DNA from: a virus
Direction: 5' to 3' (one strand)
DNA: 64,000 nucleotides
IMG/VR virus record: IMGVR_UViG_3300032223_002435
Coordinates: 2,604-66,603 of that record
Of this stretch, positions 34,901-43,053 are shown piece by piece; position 1 is the first letter of the stretch; each line of letters starts with the position of its first letter. The notes beneath the pieces are model-generated. The model made no database searches. It was not told the origin of the DNA and saw nothing but the letters and a program-made list of their open reading frames with translations. The position numbers and the translations under genes are program-made.

Positions 34901-35341
34901 CAGGAAGCCACGTCGCTTGCTGAGGCCAGGGACAACTTAAAGCTTCAATCATTACGGACTTCAGAGAAATATGGAGCAACATACAAAGAAAGGGAATCTT
35001 CCAGAATTGCCGCCGATTCGCTCGAGGATACCAAGGCCAAGCATGAAAGAGCGGCAGAATTAGGAAAAACAATTTCCGATCCCGATCAAGCGAACAAACT
35101 TGCCGACATTGAAGTGAGAAGAAACAGGGTTGTCAAAGACATAGAAAGGGAAGGAACCATACCTGTTAGCAACTTGGCTAGAATGGGAGGTTCTTCAGGG
35201 TGGGCAGGCATGGTCAATTCAAACGAAAACAAGAACAAGAAACTTGAGGATCTAAACAACGAGCAAAATAACTTATTAAAAAGAATAGATGAAACCATGA
35301 AACAATCGTGGAATCTAGCAAAAACTCTATCCGAACGATAA
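31925..35341 (+). CDS. tape measure protein
   Basis: ~1140 aa, Ala-rich helical with a hydrophobic patch; TPF-like GPFNL and ADMAAATG motifs; ATG 21 nt after TTGAC. Confidence 0.88.
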   Translation: MPPTATAPRSPQAPTEPWKAFKNILAETVGPIAVLGIASQKLLSTIASTAMNAKKLQDAINTSSGAEQLRKQFEGIGLSAAQAKQKVEELAQASANGPFNLDSLGAASKNLKIVGGDAVNTAANLKKVADMAAATGSPIDTMATAYARLIASMKGGGGAEAAASLAEMGAISSDTAEKINNITAAGGSFSEKMIALSGDLSKSTGAANALGGTLAGLQAKLASLQANSARNIGDMFIEGEKAALRAQISFQKVKSALDEAASAPFAAISEGFNGIKESIGKFLSSSDSVKGIVLIFNAIFAAAAGIFVTTSVAALGVAATLIRMGSAAFTAAGGMTALNAVTRSWVGLGAGALGFISAIVTALVLFGGRALQTSREVDQLIKKNKELAASGAQGSSKIEAMVPAVKGGTVEDRQKALETADASVDEAKTRLESAQKTQQGESKKDTNWNRAVTMDWFGVAARERQASAEGEVNSASQELNRRKNARSQIAAISSNGLGLDREQLQKNYQRNDIIENSRNAAFERLQGSVDVDSAASMAKSEVERATKKDDKNQIVSKQSYDERTKINNASGKIARSETAQEKEKAFEELKSIETKSESGGIQKQIDYKKSIVGEQTMLESESRASKADLLEKTFARDNLEKRYGSQMQQREKFIKEGGSESGADSLYGPANNNLIQARKDVEVAKQREADINLRKKQIDKRATSEGDVSGKAIQELEVKRDAALKKEDPTISAQQKENAINKSQAAAEALAARNNMVQQSRNKATLESRLASLSSDGSDDEYKINAESGLNRSSNVKALNAAVELKKKADEYNASRGTDQEQKKRKELEVAQVQAAAAGTNGRGAEEIQQELDAEKQITATKLQAAKISESAAKAEYEASMRRLNVEKQISQMKVAQSKSVIEGSEFKGKTEGAINMNGAKKELESQLKALEASKAKDAASAAYKANPNEQNKANLDNANEAASAAGVGNRRTRDLEALVQSSSRDLSAKKEQEATSLAEARDNLKLQSLRTSEKYGATYKERESSRIAADSLEDTKAKHERAAELGKTISDPDQANKLADIEVRRNRVVKDIEREGTIPVSNLARMGGSSGWAGMVNSNENKNKKLEDLNNEQNNLLKRIDETMKQSWNLAKTLSER

Positions 35342-35342
35342 T

Positions 35343-36062
35343 ATGTTGAAATCATTCAATGCAAGTAATGGCGTACTTAAGATTTACGAAAGTCGCCGCG
35401 TTTCAGGAGTTTTGTATCATGAGGTTACCATTACAATGATCTGTATTTCAGGAACGGCCCCTCCTCCGGTAAAAGAGATTCCGTGGCCTGGTATGTTTTA
35501 TGGACTTCATAACATCACTGGCGAAATGACCGATGGGTTCTGGAAGATTGACTACACGTTTGTTTCTCCCGCAGGGGGCCTCGATGCGCAATATGGCGAT
35601 GCAGGAAGTGTTGACACCTCATCGGCTCTCACTTCCTCTGTTTCGTCATCTCCAATTACCATGCACCCAAAGATAGGATACCTAGTTCAGCAATTCGCGA
35701 CTGGTGTTAAGGATGGAAAAGTCTTGTGGAAAGAAACACTTGATACTGGCGGTACAAATGGACTCGACAAAGACGGGAATGCAATTTCTAATGCCAACCC
35801 ATTTGCAAACGTAGACATATTCATGGAGGGGGGCGCTACATGGTCTGCCAGCAAAAGCTTTCCTTATAGGCAGGCAGTCGATTTGAATTTTTATGGCATA
35901 GGAAAAATATCAAACGGCTCCCCGATTGGAAACCTTCCAGGAAGTGGAACTAGGAACTGGCTCTATGCTGGGTTTAGCTTTGATCAGCGTGGGGCGGCTT
36001 ACACATACAAAGTTAATTACTTGTTATCTGGCCCCGGGGGCTGGAATAAACTTATCTATTAA
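35343..36062 (+). CDS. tail tip protein (paralog 1)
   Basis: Follows tape measure; PITMHP...NPFANVDIF...GPGGWNKLIY. Confidence 0.6.
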   Translation: MLKSFNASNGVLKIYESRRVSGVLYHEVTITMICISGTAPPPVKEIPWPGMFYGLHNITGEMTDGFWKIDYTFVSPAGGLDAQYGDAGSVDTSSALTSSVSSSPITMHPKIGYLVQQFATGVKDGKVLWKETLDTGGTNGLDKDGNAISNANPFANVDIFMEGGATWSASKSFPYRQAVDLNFYGIGKISNGSPIGNLPGSGTRNWLYAGFSFDQRGAAYTYKVNYLLSGPGGWNKLIY

Positions 36063-36065
36063 GCC

Positions 36066-36821
36066 ATGATAGCTACTAAGACAATCGGCAAAAACGAGCC
36101 ATATCTACACAGAATATCATATTCTCCAGGAAAATGGACATGCGCGGTAGCATGCAAAGTTTTTGGAGGAGAATCTACTAATCCTGACTCACGCCAGGTG
36201 CAACTTCCAAGCGTGGGTTTTGGTTGGGTTCACGTTAGGGATGAATACGAAAATGACGGCGAGGGAATCGGAATTTTGTATAAAATCTATGAAACGGCTA
36301 GTGAAATTGTTAGTCACAGCGGAATCGGGCCAGGACAAAATTCCCTTTGGTCTGCTGATGTTCATCTGGAACTTTGTCCCATATCCCTGCACAAAAACTT
36401 TGGTGAATTAAAAAACAAATACAAAGCGCGCTTAAATGACGGAGAATGGGATTGGCCAGCCTACGATCCAACCGGGGAAAGCACTCGAACCGGAACGGAC
36501 AAAACAGGGAAAACTATTTATGGTATCAACCCCATGTATGGAGTTCAAGAATTCCTTTTACCAACAGTAACAGTTCAGAAAACAACACCTAATGCTGGTA
36601 GCTATAGTAATATAAGCGGTGATGTAGGATATGTTGATAGTCCTCCGGATGGACCAGTGCCATTCCCAAGAGGGGGCGGAAATCAACTCAGCGGAGCCGC
36701 TGCGAACGATCCTTGGATCAAGAGTTCTGATTCTTACGAGGTTCACGGAAGAGATCACTTATCAACAGAAGCTTGGACATATTCACCTCATGGGTGGAAC
36801 AGAATTATTTATTCATCATGA
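36066..36821 (+). CDS. tail tip protein (paralog 2)
   Basis: PISLHK...NPMYGVQEF...SPHGWNRIIY. Confidence 0.6.
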   Translation: MIATKTIGKNEPYLHRISYSPGKWTCAVACKVFGGESTNPDSRQVQLPSVGFGWVHVRDEYENDGEGIGILYKIYETASEIVSHSGIGPGQNSLWSADVHLELCPISLHKNFGELKNKYKARLNDGEWDWPAYDPTGESTRTGTDKTGKTIYGINPMYGVQEFLLPTVTVQKTTPNAGSYSNISGDVGYVDSPPDGPVPFPRGGGNQLSGAAANDPWIKSSDSYEVHGRDHLSTEAWTYSPHGWNRIIYSS

Positions 36822-37309
36822 TTGTTTTAGCTGTAAAAGACGAAAAACCTAAACCACTGGTTTCTCCGGATTCCACCAGGACGCCTCGCAGGACATTTCG
36901 AGGAGCTTTCTATGTGGATGCGCATCTTTTGGACGCTCAAACCATAAAGGCTTCTATAAGCCTGGGGTATGTCAATGGAATTGAACCAACAATTGGAAGC
37001 TCTCGGATTTCGGATAAAGACGTGTATTACACAGGAGCATTGAAATTTGACACTTACAAACGTTGCTACATTGGTGTCGTCATCAAGGTAAATACAAATG
37101 GAAAAATGCTGGCAATAAAACAGGATCAAGCGGAAAACAATCTTTTTATTGAGGCAAGAGCAAATAATATATCAAATCCTGACGAATGCTTTCACCCATT
37201 GGCTATATGGCATGAAAAACAAGGGCTTCATCAACTTGCTTTTCATGATCTACTGCACATTTCAATTATTCAATATGGTAGGCCGCGTAGTTTGATTTTC
37301 TCGTCATGA
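36818..37309 (+). CDS. tail-associated protein
   Basis: GYVNGIEP motif shared with the next ORF (GFINGVDP); ATGA coupling. Confidence 0.55.
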   Translation: MIVLAVKDEKPKPLVSPDSTRTPRRTFRGAFYVDAHLLDAQTIKASISLGYVNGIEPTIGSSRISDKDVYYTGALKFDTYKRCYIGVVIKVNTNGKMLAIKQDQAENNLFIEARANNISNPDECFHPLAIWHEKQGLHQLAFHDLLHISIIQYGRPRSLIFSS

Positions 37310-38376
37310 TCATTCTTGTTCCTAAAAAAAAGAAAGATCGAATAGATCGACCTGAGTTTAAAACGCCCGATGCGTTTACTGGTCACGCATGGACTACAAC
37401 TCCCTTCTTTAAAGAAGGAAACTGGTATGTTACCATCAAACCTGGGTTTATTAATGGGGTTGATCCAAGTGTACCAAGGGCCATGGAGGATGCCGACGCT
37501 GAGGCCGCTGCCAAGAAGAAAGATGTTCCCGCAACCAAATTTAGCAGTACGGGTCAGCGTATTTCTGGTACGGAAATAAATCTTTTGGACAAACCGATGA
37601 TTAAGATCAGACTTTCGGATATTTACGATCCAAGGGATGGTATTGCTCAAAGTGATGGCACAATAAAACATGAAGTGATTCCTGAATTCATTTACGCCAT
37701 GGGAGTAAAAAAGGGCGTAGCGTTAAGTTCTGATGCGGTAAACGCTTCAAACTTTGATGATCCGACCACTGCGGCCAATTTGCTAGACCAGACGCTCTCT
37801 TCAGGAGCTGGACCATCCTTGTCGAAATGTGACGTTTGGATTTCCCAAGCCAGAATTACCAACAAACTATTCGTGGATATTCCAGGCAATATCGTAACAG
37901 GCCAATTGGTGGATTACACCGTGGGCATAGACACCGCAACCCTGCAGGGGGTGGGGGCAAGGGCTCGGATTGTGATCGGCCCTTATGTTCCGCCGGCCCC
38001 AGTTTCACCGGGCTTTGATCAGCGACTGGGAGGATCTTATGGTGATAATGGCGAAGACCAGATTTTAGTTTCTACAATTTACTGGATCTCTCCCCCGGAT
38101 TCCGCTGGCAAATCATTCACAGAAACGGATGATGAAGGAAATCCAAGGTGGTCTGCTTTTGTAAAACACAATCTGTTTTATAATCTGACATACAAACCAA
38201 AAAACCTTGTGCCTCAAAACAATAACCAGCCTGGGATTGATCCGTTTTTAGCTTGGTTTGTTGGCCGATACACCTTTGCGGGCGGCATCGCCGGGGCTGT
38301 GACAGCTATTTCGGATCAGGTTCTAACTGCTTTATGGAACGATTCTAACGGAGAGGGAGCCTTCTGGACAGCATGA
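37306..38376 (+). CDS. tail-associated protein
   Basis: 356 aa, coupled, in the tail module. Confidence 0.6.
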   Translation: MIILVPKKKKDRIDRPEFKTPDAFTGHAWTTTPFFKEGNWYVTIKPGFINGVDPSVPRAMEDADAEAAAKKKDVPATKFSSTGQRISGTEINLLDKPMIKIRLSDIYDPRDGIAQSDGTIKHEVIPEFIYAMGVKKGVALSSDAVNASNFDDPTTAANLLDQTLSSGAGPSLSKCDVWISQARITNKLFVDIPGNIVTGQLVDYTVGIDTATLQGVGARARIVIGPYVPPAPVSPGFDQRLGGSYGDNGEDQILVSTIYWISPPDSAGKSFTETDDEGNPRWSAFVKHNLFYNLTYKPKNLVPQNNNQPGIDPFLAWFVGRYTFAGGIAGAVTAISDQVLTALWNDSNGEGAFWTA

Positions 38377-38573
38377 GTATCGCCGTTGACGAATATGGGA
38401 CCAACAAACTTGCGAGGGCGCGTGCTCGCATCGCTGTCGAAGTTGCCACTGCGGTCATCCCGTTATTGGAGCCAGGTTTTCCTTATACAGTAATGACACC
38501 TCCGATAGATTACTTTAAAAAGTTTATTAAACAAGAACCCCCAACAGAAGATTTGCCTCCTCAGGGGTGGTAG
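38373..38573 (+). CDS. small tail-associated protein
   Basis: 66 aa, coupled. Confidence 0.5.
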   Translation: MSIAVDEYGTNKLARARARIAVEVATAVIPLLEPGFPYTVMTPPIDYFKKFIKQEPPTEDLPPQGW

Positions 38574-38598
38574 TTGACGCTCGGCAAATCGGGTAGGT

Positions 38599-41208
38599 AT
38601 GTCCTATCCCGCCCAAATCGTCTATGTGGATCTTCAGTCTTCGCAGGTCTTCTCTAATACCACAGGACAATCACTTAGCTGGCCGACGTTTCTAGCCGGC
38701 GGTGTGCAGAATATCGGAATTCGCTTCCTTACCGGAGACGGTATGGGAGGCTATGTGCTGGACGCCTCCTACGCTTCCCGTTGCGCATCAATCCGATGTG
38801 GACTCGGCATCAGGGACTACTCGCTCAATGGAGGCCAGTATCGCCTTGTGATCCAGGAGGGAACTACCGACTTCATTCCCTTCTCTGCCAGTGCCAAGCA
38901 AGTGCAGGATGCCCTCAACTCGTTGCTCCAATCCAATCCCTTCACCTGCGAGAGCGACGCCACCGGCATCTATCTTTCACGCGCAACCGGAGCTAATTTT
39001 GTCATCTCCTCCGCGGAAAACACTCTTCTTCCGCAGTCGTTCATTTCTTTCCGAGGTCAGACTCTCAATGGGAAAACCCGCTATAAGATGACCTTTGAGG
39101 CAGCGCCCCTGGCATTCACCTCCGGCGGCGACCAGATCCTTCCCCCACCTCCGATCGCCACCATTCTCCAACATGGAGGAACTGACCCCTCCGGTACTTC
39201 CCTCTGGTCAACAATCCAAAATCTCTACATCCCGCCCACCTTTCAGGGAACATTTCAGCTCTCTGATGGTCTCTACAAAAGCAACCTACTCGACATCACT
39301 GACGGCGCAACCCAGATCAAAGACGAGCTGACCCAAATGTTCTCCAACAAGGGGGGTGGATATACCGTTACGGTCACCAATCCGACGAGCTTCAACGTCC
39401 ATATCACTTTTGACGGAAAATTTACAGGAACCGATGTTCCTCCGCTGCTTGTCTCGGTCTATTCGGCTCCACCTGCCGACTGGACCGTGCTTCTCAATCT
39501 CGACACCATCCCACTGCAGGAATACCTCAGAGGAAAGGGCTCTCAGTCTCTTCAGTTTGAGGCAGAGGCTGACTTTTATGTATCTACTCCGGTACAGGGG
39601 CAGCCACTGCCGGCTACGTTCCGAAAAAAACTCTGGTCGATGCCGGTTACCATCGCGGAACCGCTCATCAAACCCGAATTCCAGACTGCCCAGGCTATCG
39701 AATGGCTCGAGCCCCCCTCTGGAAAAAGCTACATTCCCTTTTCTCCCAATCAAATCATCACCGGCCAGCAAAGCTATACTGCCGTTATCGGAGATGGATC
39801 GGCCACTACTTTCCAGCTCGCTCACAATCTCTCCTCCGACAATCTCTCCTCCATCCTCGTTCGCCAGAACTCCTCTCCGGGCCGAGTCTACCGCCCCTCG
39901 GAATATCAAGTAATCGAGGTGAATAGTAACACACTGAGCCTGCAGTTTCCTACCGCCCCTGCTGCCAACTCCCTGGTTGTCGCAATCACCACTGCTGGCC
40001 CTGTCTCCGCATTCCTGACTCACACACACACGATTTCCCAAATCGACACTCTTGCTGATCGGCTCGATTATCTTGGGTCCAAGGTGGGCTATCTTCTCTC
40101 CTTGGTTCCAGTCGCCGCGCTTGCTCCTGTATCAAACAATCAACCAAACGCAGTCAGTTCGGTCGCCTCGTTTGGAGAAATTCTTCCAGACCCCTCGCTC
40201 GAAGACAGCGTTCTCTCTATCTCATCGCAAGTTATTCCGGCCTCGGGAAGCAGTGCCGCAGCGGCAGTTCCTGGCACAAATCTACAAGAGCAGCTTGCAA
40301 CGAATGCCGCAGCGCTTGCTGCGCTCAAGGCTCAACTGGCAGCGGCACAAAAGGCGATTGCAGATGCCACTGCTGCCGGAGCAACCGTGGATCAAGCAAA
40401 ACAGATTGCTTCCAAAACCACGACCACATCGATGCTTGTCACCTCTCTTTCGTCTCCCGCCGTTGGAACGGCAATCACGCCGCTTCTGTGGCCATCAATG
40501 CGGAGGAACAACAAAATGCCATTTTTGTTTCAAGCTCTCTCAACGGCAAGTGTCGATTATTCTGGGACCACCCCTCCCAATCCTTCAGCAGGATCCGTGT
40601 ATCGCTCCGTCGGCGGCATAACTCTTTCCGTGGGAGGGGGGCGCAAACCCCAGATTATTCCCGCCGGCGGTTACTTTGCCTCTGACGGAAATACATTCTA
40701 CAGAGTTTATCGCGGGCAGGATTCGCTTTGGCATGCCTCGGAAATGGATCGGGAGCTTTCCAGATTTGCCATCTCGTCAGATGCTTTTCCGGCCGGCAGT
40801 ACCCTGCAGTATTCGTGGAATACAATCGCGGCTTTGATGCCAGATCAATTTGATAGCACCAATCAAGGTGCTGACCTGTTTGCTCGATATAGCCTGCAGA
40901 TACTTGCCACTCCAGCCTCACCCTCTGTTGTGACGACACCCGTAGTGCTTGCGTCGGTTCCATTGACATTTTCTGAATCATCCGAAAACAGGAACTTTGC
41001 ATTAACGATCAATCGTCCTTCCGACGATTCAACGGATTCGTCGGCCTTTCTGACGTCGTATGGAGTGAAGAGCCCCATCAATGCACTTCCCTGGGGCGAC
41101 GTTGTTCTTTCGGTATGCCTCAAGGAATTTGAAACCGATCACAATTCATCAGCCCTTGGCCAGCTCAGTCTTCATGTGCCCTCGAGCCAACTGACCATCT
41201 CAAAATAA
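38599..41208 (+). CDS. large tail/baseplate protein
   Basis: 869 aa, Ser/Thr/Pro-rich; IGDGSATTFQLAHNL motif typical of virion proteins. Confidence 0.7.
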   Translation: MSYPAQIVYVDLQSSQVFSNTTGQSLSWPTFLAGGVQNIGIRFLTGDGMGGYVLDASYASRCASIRCGLGIRDYSLNGGQYRLVIQEGTTDFIPFSASAKQVQDALNSLLQSNPFTCESDATGIYLSRATGANFVISSAENTLLPQSFISFRGQTLNGKTRYKMTFEAAPLAFTSGGDQILPPPPIATILQHGGTDPSGTSLWSTIQNLYIPPTFQGTFQLSDGLYKSNLLDITDGATQIKDELTQMFSNKGGGYTVTVTNPTSFNVHITFDGKFTGTDVPPLLVSVYSAPPADWTVLLNLDTIPLQEYLRGKGSQSLQFEAEADFYVSTPVQGQPLPATFRKKLWSMPVTIAEPLIKPEFQTAQAIEWLEPPSGKSYIPFSPNQIITGQQSYTAVIGDGSATTFQLAHNLSSDNLSSILVRQNSSPGRVYRPSEYQVIEVNSNTLSLQFPTAPAANSLVVAITTAGPVSAFLTHTHTISQIDTLADRLDYLGSKVGYLLSLVPVAALAPVSNNQPNAVSSVASFGEILPDPSLEDSVLSISSQVIPASGSSAAAAVPGTNLQEQLATNAAALAALKAQLAAAQKAIADATAAGATVDQAKQIASKTTTTSMLVTSLSSPAVGTAITPLLWPSMRRNNKMPFLFQALSTASVDYSGTTPPNPSAGSVYRSVGGITLSVGGGRKPQIIPAGGYFASDGNTFYRVYRGQDSLWHASEMDRELSRFAISSDAFPAGSTLQYSWNTIAALMPDQFDSTNQGADLFARYSLQILATPASPSVVTTPVVLASVPLTFSESSENRNFALTINRPSDDSTDSSAFLTSYGVKSPINALPWGDVVLSVCLKEFETDHNSSALGQLSLHVPSSQLTISK

Positions 41209-41212
41209 GATT

Positions 41213-42259
41213 ATGTTCCTAACAGGCGGACTCACCAAAATAGATCAGCTCCCGCAACCTGCGATGGGGTTACTCCCCGCTGTGCATTCCACACAGGCGG
41301 TGCAGATTAGCTCGACAACTTTGCCGGATGTCATGGCGGCTTCCGGACTTCTTTACAAGAACGCAACGGGCTCCACGCTGTCACTGCCGGCTCAGGGGGG
41401 TTTCCCTGCACGCTCTATCCCAGCCAACGAGTTTTTCAGCAGCAATGGCGTGGCGTTTTATAAGCTTCGCAATAAGACGGGCCTTACTCGCCAGATTCTA
41501 TCCGTAGAAAACGGGGTATTCACCATGAGCCAGCCACATCAGTTTGTGAATGGGGAAACGGTTGCTTGTTATGGATTCCTAAACGCATCCGCAACAGTTA
41601 ATGGCTCGGCCGCCAACTTTAGTGATAGAGGGGTTCTTTACAAGATTGCAGAATCTTCCGGGAATACATTCAAGATTGCTACCGACTCCGGACACATCCT
41701 TGCAGACGCATCAACGAGCGGCAACACAGGCGGGTGGATCCATACTCAGCAATCCTCCTCCTATTACCCATCGGCTTTTGAAAGGACGATTTATACCTTT
41801 CCATTTACCCTTCAATCCTTACCAATCGGCGAAAGCTTTACGCTTTCAAGAATCTTTTCGTTCCGATCCATCAGCGCAAAAAGCGCCTGCGTCTGGAGCA
41901 TCATTATGGAGTTCGGAGAACGAGTGGATGATGCCACCCCTGGTTCAATCGGACCTAACTTAAAAGCCTATAATTATTTACCTCCGGCACTGGAGCAGCA
42001 AGTGGTCATCACCGATGTCACAACAGACCACGCACTTGGGATTTCTTTTACACGCTCCGTAGATGGCATTAGCGGCAGTCGATCTCTATACTCAAGATCG
42101 CCAAACTTGATACCTGGAACAACTCCTACATCATCGGGAGATTTCACCTTGCGTGTCCGGCTTTGCCAGTTCGATATCGAAGATCAGATCGCAGATCCTT
42201 CGGGATACGTTGCTTACAGCGTCACGGCAAATCCCAATCGTAAAGATAGCTTGGGATAA
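41213..42259 (+). CDS. tail protein resembling the C-terminal part of the preceding gene
   Basis: IPANEFFSSNG..FY vs IPAGGYFASDG..FY; LCQFD vs LKEFE. Confidence 0.65.
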   Translation: MFLTGGLTKIDQLPQPAMGLLPAVHSTQAVQISSTTLPDVMAASGLLYKNATGSTLSLPAQGGFPARSIPANEFFSSNGVAFYKLRNKTGLTRQILSVENGVFTMSQPHQFVNGETVACYGFLNASATVNGSAANFSDRGVLYKIAESSGNTFKIATDSGHILADASTSGNTGGWIHTQQSSSYYPSAFERTIYTFPFTLQSLPIGESFTLSRIFSFRSISAKSACVWSIIMEFGERVDDATPGSIGPNLKAYNYLPPALEQQVVITDVTTDHALGISFTRSVDGISGSRSLYSRSPNLIPGTTPTSSGDFTLRVRLCQFDIEDQIADPSGYVAYSVTANPNRKDSLG

Positions 42260-42283
42260 ACCGTTGACCAACCTCTCATTGTT

Positions 42284-43051
42284 ATGGCCGTTCCTGTTAT
42301 CAATACGACTCAAAGCATCTTGAGTTATCGACAATGGCAAGCAAACGTATTTCAGGCAACTGCAACAAATTCTCCTAATCTATGGAGGATTTCTCCCGCT
42401 CCTCCAGTTGGAATGTCATTTGATTCAGCCACAGGCAGGGTATCCGGCAAGCCTAGCTTGATGGGCATCTACAACTTCACTCTTGGAGCACAAAATGCAG
42501 ATGGTTGGAGCGCGCCAGCCGCTTTTACGATTGGGGTCTATTATTCCGAAGGTGACTTCACTTCCATTCGTCTGAATGCTGATATCGATGTGGCAACGCG
42601 TGCTGTAGTGGTAACTCCAGCAAATACAGAAACTCCACTTCAGGGGCAGGCCACGCCGTTGCTCTCGCTGAAGAACAATGACGATCTTCTCTTAAAAGTT
42701 GTTTTTAAGAAAGATACCTCTCCGTTGGATCTTCAGCTCACTTCTTTGTATTTTGGAGTCAAGGACGTAGATACATCTGCGTTGATACTAAAATCCCAAA
42801 TTAGTGATTGGGAAAAAGTGGTGGCTCAGGACGGCGCGACTGTCACTTCCTACTATCTGATCTATATGAAGATCGGAAGCGATATGCTCACATCAGTCCT
42901 CAGTGACGCTGAGGCCGATACAGGCACCTTCATTGATGCGTATGGTGAGATCGAATGGATCATGGACAGCGCCAATGAGGTTGGCCCGGCATCTCTAAGA
43001 AATTCCACTGATACTTTCCGAGTGCGGATTACGAGGGATCTCATTGCTTAA
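42284..43051 (+). CDS. virion protein with putative Ig (He_PIG-like) domain
   Basis: PVGMSFDSATGRVSGKP...YNFTLGAQNADG; TTGAC 20 nt upstream. Confidence 0.75.
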   Translation: MAVPVINTTQSILSYRQWQANVFQATATNSPNLWRISPAPPVGMSFDSATGRVSGKPSLMGIYNFTLGAQNADGWSAPAAFTIGVYYSEGDFTSIRLNADIDVATRAVVVTPANTETPLQGQATPLLSLKNNDDLLLKVVFKKDTSPLDLQLTSLYFGVKDVDTSALILKSQISDWEKVVAQDGATVTSYYLIYMKIGSDMLTSVLSDAEADTGTFIDAYGEIEWIMDSANEVGPASLRNSTDTFRVRITRDLIA

Positions 43052-43053
43052 TT

